Below are positions 24,596-38,718 of a stretch of DNA of 61,450 nucleotides, piece by piece. Origin of the DNA: Betaproteobacteria bacterium (GTDB lineage: Bacteria > Pseudomonadota > Gammaproteobacteria > Burkholderiales > SG8-41); NCBI GenBank assembly GCA_016202605.1, contig JACQOJ010000145.1, forward strand, positions 1 to 61,450, given 5' to 3'. The stretch's first letter is position 1. Each line of letters begins with the position of its first letter. The notes beneath the pieces were generated by a model. The model saw nothing but the letters and a program-made list of their open reading frames with translations. It was not told the origin of the DNA and ran no database searches. Both the position numbers and the translations under genes were made by a program.

Positions 24596-25648
24596 ATGAA
24601 GCGCAGCGAGTCCAAGTCCTACACCCTGCGAGAAATCGTGGAGCGCTTCGGCGGGGAGGTTATCGGCGACTCCGGCACCGCGGTCGGGCAGGTTGCCACG
24701 CTTGAGAAGGGGCAGCCGGGCACGATCGCATTCCTCGCGAACGAGCGATACCTGCCACAGGCCAGGACAACGCGCGCCGGTGCGGTCATCCTGGCTGCGT
24801 CGATGCGTGATGCCACCGATCTGCCGAGGATTGCGTGCGATAATCCGTACGCCTATTTCGCGCGTGTCTCCGATCTGCTGAATCCCCCGCGTCAGCCCGT
24901 TCCCGGCATTCATGAAACAGCCGTGACCGATGCTACGGCCCGCATCGCGGAAGACGCGGAGATCGGGCCGCTTTCGGCGGTGGGCCGAAACGCGAGAATC
25001 GGGCCGGGCTGTGCGGTCGGACCCGGATGCATGATCGGTGACAATGTGGTGCTTGGGAAAGGGGTGCTGCTCCACGCCAACGTAACGATTTACCATGACT
25101 GCGTGATCGGCGAGCGGGTGATCCTGCATTCCGGCGTGATCATCGGCGCTGATGGTTTCGGCCTCGCGATGGGGGAAGGGGAATGGATCAAGATCCCGCA
25201 AATCGGCCGGGTGGTGATCGGCGATAACGTCGAGGTCGGCGCCAATACCACGATAGACCGCGGCGCGATCGACGATACCGTCATCGAGGAAGGGGTAAAA
25301 CTCGACAATCAGATCCAGATCGCACATAACGTCCGCGTGGGCGCCCATACCGCCATCGCGGCCTGTGCCGGAATTGCGGGCAGCGCGAAGGTCGGCCGTC
25401 ATTGCCGGATCGGTGGGGCATCAGGGATCGCCGGGCATATCGTCATAGCGGATCACGTCGAGATTTCGGCGCACACATTGATCACGAAATCGATCGAGAA
25501 ACCCGGGACCTATACCGGAGCATACCCCTTCGACGCCAACCGGGAGTGGCGCCGGAATGCCGCCCAACTGCGTCGCCTCGACGAACTGGCAGCTCGCGTT
25601 CGCACGCTCGAACGGAAACTCGCGGCTCTGGAAAGGAGCAAATCTTGA
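24596..25648 (+). CDS. lpxD: UDP-3-O-acylglucosamine N-acyltransferase
   Basis: NPYAYFAR, hexapeptide repeats, [16 protein letters not shown] and [12 protein letters not shown] motifs. Confidence 0.96.
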   Translation: MKRSESKSYTLREIVERFGGEVIGDSGTAVGQVATLEKGQPGTIAFLANERYLPQARTTRAGAVILAASMRDATDLPRIACDNPYAYFARVSDLLNPPRQPVPGIHETAVTDATARIAEDAEIGPLSAVGRNARIGPGCAVGPGCMIGDNVVLGKGVLLHANVTIYHDCVIGERVILHSGVIIGADGFGLAMGEGEWIKIPQIGRVVIGDNVEVGANTTIDRGAIDDTVIEEGVKLDNQIQIAHNVRVGAHTAIAACAGIAGSAKVGRHCRIGGASGIAGHIVIADHVEISAHTLITKSIEKPGTYTGAYPFDANREWRRNAAQLRRLDELAARVRTLERKLAALERSKS

Positions 25649-26103
25649 ATAGCATGGACATACACGAGATCCTCCATTATCTGCCCCATCGCTATCCGTT
25701 TCTGCTGATCGACAGGGTATTGTCCTGCGAGTCGGGGAAGAAACTCGTGGCCATCAAGAACGTGACGATAAATGAGCCGTTTTTCGCGGGGCACTTTCCC
25801 CATCACCCGGTCATGCCGGGCGTGCTCATCATCGAAGCGCTGGCGCAGGCCGCCGCGATCCTCTCGTTCAAGACCATCGGGGCGCGGGGGGATGACCAGT
25901 CGGTGTACTACTTTGCGGGAATCGACCGGGCACGATTCAAGAAACCGGTGACGGCGGGCGACACGTTGCAGCTCGAGGTCGCGCTGCAGCGATACATACG
26001 CGGCATCTGGAAGTTCTGGGCCGAGGCGAGGGTTGGCGACAGCCTCGTTGCCGAGGCGGAACTCATGTGCACGGTTCGCTCCCTCAATGGCGCGAAAGAC
26101 TGA
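25645..26103 (+). CDS. fabZ: 3-hydroxyacyl-ACP dehydratase
   Basis: [26 protein letters not shown] and [11 protein letters not shown] motifs. Start at TTG 25645 or ATG 25654. Confidence 0.96.
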   Translation: MNSMDIHEILHYLPHRYPFLLIDRVLSCESGKKLVAIKNVTINEPFFAGHFPHHPVMPGVLIIEALAQAAAILSFKTIGARGDDQSVYYFAGIDRARFKKPVTAGDTLQLEVALQRYIRGIWKFWAEARVGDSLVAEAELMCTVRSLNGAKD

Positions 26104-26147
26104 GCGTGGGCCGGCGGCCGTCCCCATACGAGGATCGCGGGGCCAGA

Positions 26148-26921
26148 GTGAAAGTTCATGCTACCGCGATCGTCGATCCCGGCGCCAGGATTGCGCCGGA
26201 TGTGCAAATCGGTCCCTATGCAATCGTTGGCCCGGACGTCGAAATCGGCCCCGGCTGCCGCGTCGGATCCCATGCGGTGATCAACGGGCACACCCGTATC
26301 GGGGCCAACAACCGAATCTACCAGTTCGTTTCTTTGGGAGAAGCGCCGCAGGACAAGAAGTATGCCGGCGAGCAGACGCGCCTCGAAATCGGCGACAACA
26401 ACACCATACGCGAGTTCTGCACTTTCAACCGTGGTACGGCGCAGGATGCCGGAGTCACGAGAGTCGGGGACGACAACTGGATCATGGCGTACGTCCACCT
26501 GGCGCACGACTGCCAGGTCGGCAATCACACGGTTTTCGCCAATAACGCTCAGCTTGCCGGCCACGTGCACGTCGGGGACCACGTGATACTCGGGGGCTTC
26601 ACCGTGGTGCATCAGTTCTGTCGCATCGGAGCGCACAGCATTACCGGGATGGGCTCGATCGTGCTTCAGGACATACCCCCCTATGTAACCGCGTCCGGAA
26701 ATTCGGCCAGGCCATACGGACTCAATGCTGAGGGACTCAGGCGGCGCGGGTTTGCGGCCGGCACCGTCACGAAACTGAGGCGTGCCTACAAGACTCTTTA
26801 TAAGTCCGGCTTGACCCTCATGCAGGCGAAACAGGAACTCGAGCGTCAACTCGTGACGTGCCCCGAGATCCGCGCGCTGCTTGATTTCCTTGCCGTTTCG
26901 ACGCGCGGCATCATCCGGTAA
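26148..26921 (+). CDS. lpxA: Acyl-ACP--UDP-GlcNAc O-acyltransferase
   Basis: Hexapeptide repeats, PQDKKY, IREFCTFNRGT, HLAHDC and LAGHV motifs. GTG start at 26148. Confidence 0.96.
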   Translation: MKVHATAIVDPGARIAPDVQIGPYAIVGPDVEIGPGCRVGSHAVINGHTRIGANNRIYQFVSLGEAPQDKKYAGEQTRLEIGDNNTIREFCTFNRGTAQDAGVTRVGDDNWIMAYVHLAHDCQVGNHTVFANNAQLAGHVHVGDHVILGGFTVVHQFCRIGAHSITGMGSIVLQDIPPYVTASGNSARPYGLNAEGLRRRGFAAGTVTKLRRAYKTLYKSGLTLMQAKQELERQLVTCPEIRALLDFLAVSTRGIIR

Positions 26922-26923
26922 CC

Positions 26924-28093
26924 ATGAGCGAGAGGTCAGCTGCGACGATAACGATCGGAATCGTCGCAGGAGAGGCGTCAGGAGACCTGCTGGGTGCGCA
27001 CCTGATGCGGTCACTGGTTGCGCATATGCCCCACGTGAGTTTCGCAGGCATCGGGGGTCCGGAAATGCGGGCAGCGGGCATGCAGGTCCTGTTTCCCATG
27101 GAAAGACTCGCAGTGCGCGGCTACGTTGAAGTCCTCCGCCACTATTTCGAGATCACAGGCATCCGACGCCGGCTCGCACGGCATTTTCTTCGAGAACGCC
27201 CGGCATGCTTCATCGGCATCGATGCCCCCGATTTCAATCTGGACCTCGAACGCAGGTTGAAGGACGCAGGAATTCCGACCGTTCACTACGTGAGCCCCGC
27301 AATCTGGGCATGGCGCGGGCGGCGCATTCGCGAGATCAAGCGCGCGGTGAGCAAGATGCTCACCTTGTTTCCCTTCGAGGCGCGTCTTTACCAGGAGGCA
27401 CAGGTGCCGGTCGCCTACGTCGGGCATCCCCTGGCCGACATCTTGTGGGATTTCCCGGGCAGGCAGGCGATCAGGGAGCGGCTGCATCTGCCGGCCGGCG
27501 CACGCGTGGTGGCGCTGCTTCCCGGCAGCAGGGTCAGCGAGCTGGAGCAGATGGCCGATCTTTTTCTCGCTGCAGCGCGCAAGGTTGCGGAGGCCGTTCC
27601 AGGCACGAGATTCGTTGCGCCGCTCGTGAATCGTGAAACGCAGGAGCTTTTCGAGGCAGCCCTTGACCGGGTCCGCGGCGAAAAACCCGCTGTCACGGTT
27701 CTGCGGGGCCGGGCCCACGAGGCCATGGCTGCCGCTGACGTCGTCCTTGTCGCCTCCGGTACCGCCACCCTCGAGGCGGCGTTGCTCAAACGACCGATGG
27801 TGATTACGTACCGGATGCCGCGCATCTCGTGGTGGATCATGAACAGACTTCGCTACCAGCCATATGCCGGCCTGCCTAACATCCTCGCGGGCGAATTCAT
27901 CGTTCCGGAGCTGCTGCAACAGCAGGCCACGCCGGATAATCTTGCCCACGCAATATTGAACCTCCTGTTTGACGACGCGCAGCGCGAGCGGCTCGAAGCA
28001 CGGTTCGGTCGGATACTCTCGGAACTCAGGCAGAACACCGCTCAGAAGGTGGTCGAGGCGGTACGTTCCACGCTGGGCGGAGGCGCGGCATGA
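26924..28093 (+). CDS. lpxB: Lipid-A-disaccharide synthase
   Basis: [32 protein letters not shown] and SGTATLE motifs. Confidence 0.96.
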   Translation: MSERSAATITIGIVAGEASGDLLGAHLMRSLVAHMPHVSFAGIGGPEMRAAGMQVLFPMERLAVRGYVEVLRHYFEITGIRRRLARHFLRERPACFIGIDAPDFNLDLERRLKDAGIPTVHYVSPAIWAWRGRRIREIKRAVSKMLTLFPFEARLYQEAQVPVAYVGHPLADILWDFPGRQAIRERLHLPAGARVVALLPGSRVSELEQMADLFLAAARKVAEAVPGTRFVAPLVNRETQELFEAALDRVRGEKPAVTVLRGRAHEAMAAADVVLVASGTATLEAALLKRPMVITYRMPRISWWIMNRLRYQPYAGLPNILAGEFIVPELLQQQATPDNLAHAILNLLFDDAQRERLEARFGRILSELRQNTAQKVVEAVRSTLGGGAA

Positions 28094-28680
28094 GTGAAGG
28101 AGTCCGGACCTGTGGTGTCGACGAAGCAGGTCGCGGACCGCTGGCAGGGCCGGTGTATGCTGCGGCGGTCATTCTCGGCGACGACGCCATCGATGGACTG
28201 GCCGATTCGAAAAAGCTTTCGCCCGGGAGACGTGAGGCACTGGCGGCGCAGATCATGGCGCGCGCCGTGGCGTGGTCGGTGGCGAGCGCGAGCGTGGATG
28301 AGATCGACACCACCAATATCCTGCGTGCGAGCCTGCTGGCCATGCGTCGTGCCGTAAACGGGCTTGCGGTAGCACCCCGGCAGGTGTTGGTGGACGGCGT
28401 GCATTGTCCGGAAATCGACTATCCCGTGCTGGCCGTCATCGGTGGCGATGCGAGTGTTGCTGCGATTTCCGCGGCGTCGATCCTCGCCAAGGTCGCGCGC
28501 GATGCGGAAATGCTGAGGCTTCACAATCGCTATCCGCAGTACGGATTCGACGCGCACAAGGGATATCCCACGGCCGGGCATTTGGCCGCATTGCGTTTGC
28601 ATGGGGTATCCCCGGCGCATCGGCGCAGCTTCGCACCGGTGAAGCGGATCCTCGATTCACGGGCGCCCGAGGCGGGCTGA
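28090..28680 (+). CDS. rnhB: Ribonuclease HII
   Basis: [30 protein letters not shown] and HKGYPT motifs. Confidence 0.96.
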   Translation: MSEGVRTCGVDEAGRGPLAGPVYAAAVILGDDAIDGLADSKKLSPGRREALAAQIMARAVAWSVASASVDEIDTTNILRASLLAMRRAVNGLAVAPRQVLVDGVHCPEIDYPVLAVIGGDASVAAISAASILAKVARDAEMLRLHNRYPQYGFDAHKGYPTAGHLAALRLHGVSPAHRRSFAPVKRILDSRAPEAG

Positions 28681-28727
28681 GGCCGACCGGGGTCGCACGA
28701 GGGCGCACGACGGAAGAGCCATGAAAA

Positions 28728-28861
28728 TTGCATGTCATGGTTTACGTCGGGGTGGTGATGGCCTTGATCTTCGCATACGTGTTTTTTTCCCGTTTGCGGT
28801 GGCGGTCAACCTGGCTCCCGGTCTTGCACATATGGCCGTCGCGGCAGCGGGGTCCGTGTAG
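28728..28861 (+). pseudogene. Possible frameshifted remnant of a CopD/COG5615-like membrane protein C-terminus
   Basis: One frame reads HVMVYVGVVMALIFAYVFF. After the T7 run (28782-28788) another frame reads PFAVAVNLAPGLAHMAVAAAGSV*. From memory these resemble the last two helices of that family. Confidence 0.35.
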
Positions 28862-28863
28862 CG

Positions 28864-29811
28864 TCAGGAAATTTCAGCCAGCAGCTGGGCGAGCTTGCTC
28901 GATTCCAGTCGCGGACTCACGAGATGACGGCGCGCGGCGCATTGGGCGCCGAGCAGCCGGTAGAAGACCAGGTCGGATTCGGCACGCCAGAGCAGCCGCG
29001 CCAGGGCCTTTTCGTTGCCGACCGGATAGAAGCCTGCGTAATCGCGGCCAAGCATTCCGATGTTTCCCGGGATTCGCGATGCGATCACCGGCACGCCGGC
29101 AGACAACGCCTCGGATACCACGTTCGCGCCGCCTTCCATGCGGGAACTGATGACCATCAGGCGCGCACGCGCCAGCCTGCGCAGGGCAATCCAGTGCGGC
29201 AGATTGCCGAGCCAGCGATAGCGGGGTTCACGCGCCATCCAATCCCGCGCTTCGCATTCCATTTCCCCGCTCATCGCGCCGCCCATGTGCACGATGTGAA
29301 TGCGGCTCTTTTCCGGCAAGTAGGCCGCTGCGGCGGCCGCCCGGAAAGGGTCTTTCTCGGCGCGCAGGTGGCCGCTCACCACCACCTCGAAGCGGTGTTT
29401 GAGCGACGGCCGCCTCGGAATCCGGGGCACCGACTGGTAGATGACACGGGTCTTCGCCCGTAACGCGGGGGAGAGCTCTCTTGGCGCCATGTCCTGCAGC
29501 ACGATCATGCGGTCCGCCATCCGCATCGATTCGCGGGCGCTGTCATCGACACGGATGTCGTGGTAGAGATCGGTTCCAGTGAGCGCCAGTATCAACGGAC
29601 GGGCGGGCAGTACGCGCTTGAAATGCTTCAGTGAATCGTGACTGCGGCGGGCATGCAGGGCGATCACGAGATCCGCGGGCGCGCCGTCCCACGACACTTG
29701 CACCGTTACCCGGTGACCCAGTGCCCGCAGCAGGCCTGTCCAGCGCATGGCGGTGTTGCGATTGCCGTGGCGGGAGCGCGCCGCCGCGGGAGTTACGATT
29801 ACAATGTTCAC
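28864..29811 (-). CDS. senB: SenB-like selenosugar synthase (TIGR04348-type GT-B glycosyltransferase)
   Basis: IVTP..SRHGNRNTA.RW, IALHARRS, LTGTDLY, GHLR.EKDP and SRMEGGANVVSEA motifs. GTG start at 29811. Confidence 0.85.
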   Translation of the reverse strand: MNIVIVTPAAARSRHGNRNTAMRWTGLLRALGHRVTVQVSWDGAPADLVIALHARRSHDSLKHFKRVLPARPLILALTGTDLYHDIRVDDSARESMRMADRMIVLQDMAPRELSPALRAKTRVIYQSVPRIPRRPSLKHRFEVVVSGHLRAEKDPFRAAAAAAYLPEKSRIHIVHMGGAMSGEMECEARDWMAREPRYRWLGNLPHWIALRRLARARLMVISSRMEGGANVVSEALSAGVPVIASRIPGNIGMLGRDYAGFYPVGNEKALARLLWRAESDLVFYRLLGAQCAARRHLVSPRLESSKLAQLLAEIS

Positions 29812-29866
29812 GTCCGACGATCCGGGATAAACTGCGATCGAACTATAGCAAAAACGCGCGCCGACG
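29812..29866. promoter_or_regulatory. 55-bp divergent promoter region of senB/senA
   Basis: Minus strand carries TGCTATAGT (extended -10-like) and plus strand carries TAAACT. The spacer is so short that the promoters must overlap. Confidence 0.4.
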
Positions 29867-31222
29867 ATGTCAACGCATGTTATCGACACCATCGCCATAC
29901 GCGACATGCTGCTTGCAGCGCGTACTCGCACGTTATCGTTGTGCGCTGATCTGGAGGGTGAACGCCTGCTGGGACCCAGGCTCTCGATCGTCAACCCGCC
30001 GCTGTGGGAAATCGGCCATGTCGGCTGGTTCCAGGAGCATTGGTGCTTGCGCTACCGCACGGACGGGCGGCTCGCGCCGTCCGTCCTCTCCAACGCGGAC
30101 GATCTCTACAACTCCGCCGCGGTCCCGCACGATACGCGTTGGGATTTGCCGCTGCCGGATTTTGACGCAACGCTCGCCTATCTCCGGCGGGTACTCGACG
30201 GCGTGCTGGAGCGAATTGAACTGGAGGGTGCCACGGAGCACATGGCCTACTTCGCGCAACTCGCCGCGTTTCACGAGGAAATGCATTGCGAGGCATTCAC
30301 CTATACCCGGCAGACCCTGGGCTATCCGGCCCCGCGCACTTCGGATGCGCCGACTTCCGCGCAGGCCGGCGCGTGGCCCGGAGACGTCGAGATCTCCGGT
30401 GGTGTTTTCAGGCTGGGTGCGACGCAGACCGACGGTTTTGTCTTCGACAATGAAAAGTGGGCGCATGAGGTCGAGGTGGGCGCATTTCGCATGGCGCGTG
30501 CCCCGGTGAGCAATGCGGAGTTTGCCGCATTCGTCGAAGACCACGGATATCGGCGGCGGGAACTGTGGAGCACTGCGGGCTGGGAGTGGCGCAAGCGGAC
30601 GGGGGCGCAAGCCCCGGTGTACTGGATCGGAAAAGACGGCGCCTGGTTCTACCGGCACTACGATGAAGTTATTCCGGTCGCGCCCCGCATGCCGGTGATA
30701 CACCTCAACTGGTTCGAGGCGGAAGCGTATTGCCGCTGGGCTGGGCGCAGGCTGCCGACCGAGGCGGAGTGGGAGTTCGCCGCCGCAACTATGCCGGGAT
30801 CTTTCGGTGCCAAGAGGCGCTACCCATGGGGCGACGCGGCGCCGTCACCCGCTCTGGCGAACCTCTACGGGGCAACCGGAGGGTGCGTGGACGTGGCGGC
30901 ATTTCCGTTGGGCGACAGCGGATGGGGCTGCCGGCAGATGTTCGGAAACGTGTGGGAGTGGACCGCCGATTGGTTTGAGCCGTATCCGGGATTCGTGCGC
31001 GATCCGTACAAGGAATATTCGGAACCCTGGTTCGGGGATCACAAGGTGCTGCGCGGAGGGTGCCACGCGACGCGCCCCGTCCTCCTCCGTAACACATGGC
31101 GCAACTTCTACACCCCGGATCGGCGCGACGTATTCGCCGGTTTTCGCACCTGCGCGCCTTTCGATGGAAACGCGCGAGCCCTTTCGCGGCATGTTTCCGC
31201 GCGCGAGCCGTCCGCGCCGTGA
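29867..31222 (+). CDS. senA: SenA-like non-heme iron selenoneine synthase (EgtB family; DinB + FGE-sulfatase domains)
   Basis: NPPLWEIGHVGWFQE, iron-binding FHEEMHCE (HxxxHxE), YTRQTLGYP, FDNEK, RLPTEAEWE, GNVWEWT, VLRGG and RNFY...FAGFR motifs. Adjacent to a senB-like gene. Confidence 0.82.
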   Translation: MSTHVIDTIAIRDMLLAARTRTLSLCADLEGERLLGPRLSIVNPPLWEIGHVGWFQEHWCLRYRTDGRLAPSVLSNADDLYNSAAVPHDTRWDLPLPDFDATLAYLRRVLDGVLERIELEGATEHMAYFAQLAAFHEEMHCEAFTYTRQTLGYPAPRTSDAPTSAQAGAWPGDVEISGGVFRLGATQTDGFVFDNEKWAHEVEVGAFRMARAPVSNAEFAAFVEDHGYRRRELWSTAGWEWRKRTGAQAPVYWIGKDGAWFYRHYDEVIPVAPRMPVIHLNWFEAEAYCRWAGRRLPTEAEWEFAAATMPGSFGAKRRYPWGDAAPSPALANLYGATGGCVDVAAFPLGDSGWGCRQMFGNVWEWTADWFEPYPGFVRDPYKEYSEPWFGDHKVLRGGCHATRPVLLRNTWRNFYTPDRRDVFAGFRTCAPFDGNARALSRHVSAREPSAP

Positions 31223-32043
31223 AACTCATTACGTCGCGTGCCAATGCCGTTTTCCGGGCGCTCGCGCGACTCAAGGAATCGCCGCGTCACCGTCGCACCG
31301 AGCACGCCACCGTGATCGACGGTGCGCATCTCGTTTCCGCCTACCTTGAGAGACTCGGCCATCCGCAAGCGGTGGTGGTGACGGCTGCGGCCGCGGAATC
31401 GCCTGAAATCAGGGCACTGCTCAAGCGTGTGGCGCCGCTCAATCCGATCATGCTGAGCGAGGCATTGTTTCGGGAGGTCTCACCGGTCGCCGCTCCGGCG
31501 GGAATTCTCGCGGCGATAGAGATTCCTGCCGCCCGCGCGCCGCTGCGCGAAGCCGAGTGCTGCCTGCTGGTGGAGGATATACAGGATCCGGGAAACTTGG
31601 GCTCGATCCTGCGTTCCGCGGCGGCGGCGGGCGTCGAGCAGGTGCTGTTATCCAAGGGCTGCGCCGATGTATGGTCACCGCGCGTCCTGCGCGCGGGAAT
31701 GGGCGCGCATTTTCTCCTGAATCTCGCAGAGCGCGTCGACTTGTCCGCATTCGCCAGCGAGTATCGGGGCCGGATCGTGGCAACGGCCGCAAATGCATCG
31801 AATTGTATTTTCGATGTGGATCTCACGCAGCGGACGGCGTTCGCGGTCGGCAATGAAGGAGCAGGATTGTCGGGCGGCCTCTTGCGTGCTGCTCACGTGG
31901 TGGCCGCAATTCCCATGCGGGACGGTGCGGAATCGATCAATGTAGGCGCGGCAACCGCGGTGTGTCTGTTCGAGCGCGTCAGACAGATACGATCGACCGC
32001 CGGGACGGAAGCGGCGGACCGCCCCCCGCGCCGCTCGTCGTAA
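31219..32043 (+). CDS. TrmH/SpoU-family RNA methyltransferase
   Basis: IQDPGNLGSILRSA, VLRAGMGAHF, VGNEGAGL and ESINVG motifs. GTG start overlaps the senA stop (GTGA). Confidence 0.92.
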   Translation: MKLITSRANAVFRALARLKESPRHRRTEHATVIDGAHLVSAYLERLGHPQAVVVTAAAAESPEIRALLKRVAPLNPIMLSEALFREVSPVAAPAGILAAIEIPAARAPLREAECCLLVEDIQDPGNLGSILRSAAAAGVEQVLLSKGCADVWSPRVLRAGMGAHFLLNLAERVDLSAFASEYRGRIVATAANASNCIFDVDLTQRTAFAVGNEGAGLSGGLLRAAHVVAAIPMRDGAESINVGAATAVCLFERVRQIRSTAGTEAADRPPRRSS

Positions 32044-32044
32044 G

Positions 32045-32869
32045 TCAATAAATCCGCCGCACGAGCTTCGCTTCGTGCAGGATGGTGGTCGCCAGTTCCT
32101 CCACCGACTTGCTGGTCGCGTCGAGAAAGGGGATCCCTTCCTGGCGCATCAGGCCTTCGGCTTCACGCACTTCGAACTCGCAGTTCGCCAGGTTCGCGTA
32201 CATGCTTCCGGGGCGGCGCTCGTTGCGGATCTGTTGCAGCCGCGCCGGCCGGATCGTGAGGCCGTAGAGACGCTTGCGCAGGGGGCGCAGCTGCGCCGGC
32301 AGCCGCATGGTGCTGAAGTCTTCCGGAATGAAAGGGTAGTTCGCGGCGCGGACGCCGTACTGCATCGCGAGATAGAGGCAGGTGGGCGTTTTGCCGCATC
32401 GGGACACTCCCACCAGAATGACGTCGGCTTCGTTCAAATCGCGGTTTGAGACGCCGTCATCGTGGGCGAGCGCGTAGTTGACGGAATCGATGCGGTGATA
32501 GTAGTTGACCAGATCGCTGACGCTGTGACTGCGCCCGATTGCGTGCGATGCTCTGACCCCGAGTTCCTTCTCCAGCGGCGAAATAAAGATTTCGAAACAG
32601 TCCAGAAAAAGCGCCTCCGCCCTGCTCACGACATCGGCGATTTCGCTGTTCACCAGGGTGCTGATGACGATCGGACGCGCGGCATCCTTGCGGGCATGCT
32701 CGTTGATCTGACTGACCACCTGACGGGCTTTTTCTACCGAGTCCACAAACGGCAGCGTGACTTCCTGGAAACGGACGGTGTCGAATTGCGTGAGCAGGCT
32801 GTGGCCCAGCATTTCGGCCGTGATGCCGGTGCGGTCCGAAACGAAGAACGCGGTGCGTTTGTCGGTCAT
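32045..32869 (-). CDS. ppsR: PEP synthase regulatory protein (kinase/pyrophosphorylase, DUF299)
   Basis: [33 protein letters not shown] and SVEELA motifs. Confidence 0.93.
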   Translation of the reverse strand: MTDKRTAFFVSDRTGITAEMLGHSLLTQFDTVRFQEVTLPFVDSVEKARQVVSQINEHARKDAARPIVISTLVNSEIADVVSRAEALFLDCFEIFISPLEKELGVRASHAIGRSHSVSDLVNYYHRIDSVNYALAHDDGVSNRDLNEADVILVGVSRCGKTPTCLYLAMQYGVRAANYPFIPEDFSTMRLPAQLRPLRKRLYGLTIRPARLQQIRNERRPGSMYANLANCEFEVREAEGLMRQEGIPFLDATSKSVEELATTILHEAKLVRRIY

Positions 32870-33148
32870 GAATTACGGCGGTGCGCGGTACCGCTAAAAT
32901 ATACCGTTTTAAAACCGCGCACAAATTCCGGGCCTGCCGCAAGGCGCGCAAGCACGTCGGCATCCGCGGCCGGGCACAGTCCGCTCGCCCGAACTCGCAG
33001 AATGGCCGATGAATGAGGGCAGCGAGAGCCCGTCGCTCGCTCCGGACGCGGCGGTCGAAACCCGGCTTTGCCCGGCCAGGGAGGTGATATCCCGTATGGC
33101 CCGTTGACGGGAGCGGTTCGACCGGGCGGCTGCGCTTCCCCAAATGCG

Positions 33149-33177
33149 TTGGACGGGAAGTGGATTTGCGATAAAAT
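33149..33177 (+). promoter_or_regulatory. Putative sigma70 promoter for pyrG-kdsA-eno
   Basis: TTGGAC-N17-TAAAAT, ending 23 nt before the pyrG ATG. Confidence 0.55.
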
Positions 33178-33179
33178 AG

Positions 33180-34877
<1,698 letters not shown>

Positions 34878-34955
34878 GGCGGCGTCCGTGATGGATTCCC
34901 TCCACGCTACGCCCTCGGTTGCCAGCGCGCCGCGGAACGGGTTGCGGCGGGCGTC

Positions 34956-37110
<2,155 letters not shown>

Positions 37111-37113
<3 letters not shown>

Positions 37114-37138
37114 AGCGTAAGGGGTGAAGCGTGAGGCA
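37111..37138 (+). repeat. Tandem 7-nt repeat array beginning at the eno stop codon
   Basis: TGAAGCG TAAGGGG TGAAGCG TGAGGCA. Confidence 0.7.
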
Positions 37139-37252
37139 CGGAGCGCGATTCGCACCCCCTCGGAGTATGCGGCGACATCCCGGTCCGACGGTGTACCGGG
37201 AGGGCGGTGCCGCGACTCGCGCCGCAGACACCGCGTATTGCGCCGTCCGTCG

Positions 37253-37561
37253 ATGAAAATACTGGCTGCGGTGCTGGTCGCGCTCATCGCCCTCATCCAA
37301 TATCCGCTGTGGGTCGGCAAAGGAAGCCGGATGCGGGTCTGGGAGGTCGATCGGCAGATTCGCGCACAGCGTGAGGTCAATCAGAAACTGCGGGTGCGCA
37401 ACGGAGCGCTTGACGCCGAGGTTCGCGATTTGAAGCAGGGCCTCGAAGCGATAGAGGAGCGGGCGCGCAGCGAGCTCGGGATGGTCAGGCGCGACGAGAT
37501 CTTCTTCCAGCTGCTGGAGGAGGGCGGCAAGACGGGCCCCGTCCAATCCGGTTCGAGGTGA
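37253..37561 (+). CDS. ftsB: Cell division protein FtsB
   Basis: TM helix, [32 protein letters not shown]. Start re-assigned to ATG 37253. Confidence 0.94.
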   Translation: MKILAAVLVALIALIQYPLWVGKGSRMRVWEVDRQIRAQREVNQKLRVRNGALDAEVRDLKQGLEAIEERARSELGMVRRDEIFFQLLEEGGKTGPVQSGSR

Positions 37562-37704
37562 ATGTCGGACGCCGAATGCGGTCCGCCCGCCGCCGATGAT
37601 ACCGGCAGCGTCGATGTGCGATACTTGCGCGGCCGTGAAACGGGGCCGGCCCGACATTCCGGAAAACGCTTCCTTTTTCCTCACTGCTGCCTGAGACGAT
37701 AACG

Positions 37705-38616
37705 ATGTCCGCAATACTTCTCGACGGTGCTGGCGTCGCCCGCCAGGTATACGCCACGCTGGCGCCACGGATAGCCGCGCTGCAGCGGCGCGGCGTGCGG
37801 CCGGGGCTTGCCGCGGTACTGGCGGGGGACGACCCGGCTTCGCGATCCTACATCCGGAATAAAGTCAGAGCTTGCGCGGCGGCGGGACTGCATTCCGAAG
37901 TGCGCGACCTGCCGGCCGATTGCGCGGAAGGCGCCGTTCTGGGGATCATCGATGAACTGAACCGGAGTTCGAATATCCACGGCATCATCGTCCAACTGCC
38001 GCTACCGCGCCACTTGAACGGGAACCGCATCGTGCAATCGATCCGCATCGAGAAGGACGTCGACGGATTCAGTTGGCACAATCTGGGAGCGTTGGTGGAG
38101 GGACATCCGGCGCTCGTGCCGTGCACGCCCCTCGGCGTCATCTTCATGCTCGACCATGCGGGGATCGCAATCGAAGGCCGGCACGCCGTGGTCATCGGGC
38201 GCAGCAATATCGTCGGCAAGCCGCTGGCGCTTCTGCTCATTTCACGCGGCGCGACCGTGACGGTATGCAATTCCCGGACGCCGGATATCGGAACGCACAC
38301 CGGCATGGCCGACATCGTGATCGCCGCTGCCGGAAGACCGCGGCTCGTCCGCGCCGATATGATCAGAGAAGGCGCGGCCGTCATCGACGTGGGGATCAAT
38401 CGGCTCCCCGGCGGCAAGCTGGTGGGTGATGTTGACTTCGAAGGCGCAAGAGCGCGGGCCGGGTGGATTTCACCGGTGCCGGGAGGGGTCGGACCGATGA
38501 CGGTGGCGATGCTGATCTCCAACACCGTAAGCGCGGCGGAGCGCCAGGCGGCGCGCTCCGCGGACAGCCGACGCGAGAATGGCGACGCCCCGGATGACTT
38601 GACTGGCACCGCTTGA
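37705..38616 (+). CDS. folD: Methylenetetrahydrofolate dehydrogenase/cyclohydrolase
   Basis: YIRNK, HGIIVQLPLP, KDVDG, PCTP, GRSNIVGKP, IDVGIN and VPGGVGPMT motifs. Confidence 0.95.
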   Translation: MSAILLDGAGVARQVYATLAPRIAALQRRGVRPGLAAVLAGDDPASRSYIRNKVRACAAAGLHSEVRDLPADCAEGAVLGIIDELNRSSNIHGIIVQLPLPRHLNGNRIVQSIRIEKDVDGFSWHNLGALVEGHPALVPCTPLGVIFMLDHAGIAIEGRHAVVIGRSNIVGKPLALLLISRGATVTVCNSRTPDIGTHTGMADIVIAAAGRPRLVRADMIREGAAVIDVGINRLPGGKLVGDVDFEGARARAGWISPVPGGVGPMTVAMLISNTVSAAERQAARSADSRRENGDAPDDLTGTA

Positions 38617-38718
38617 ATGGAGCGCGCATCGCGTCACGATGCGACGGAAGAAGCACACGCGGTGACAGAGCCGGCAAGGCGGGCGACGGCGCGCATGCCG
38701 GCCGCGGCATTCCAGGCG

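Noticed and set aside
28728-29150. 140-aa ORF with a hydrophobic N-terminus after rnhB
   Set aside because: Most of it overlaps senB on the opposite strand. Only the first ~20 codons look protein-like, so it is treated as a remnant.
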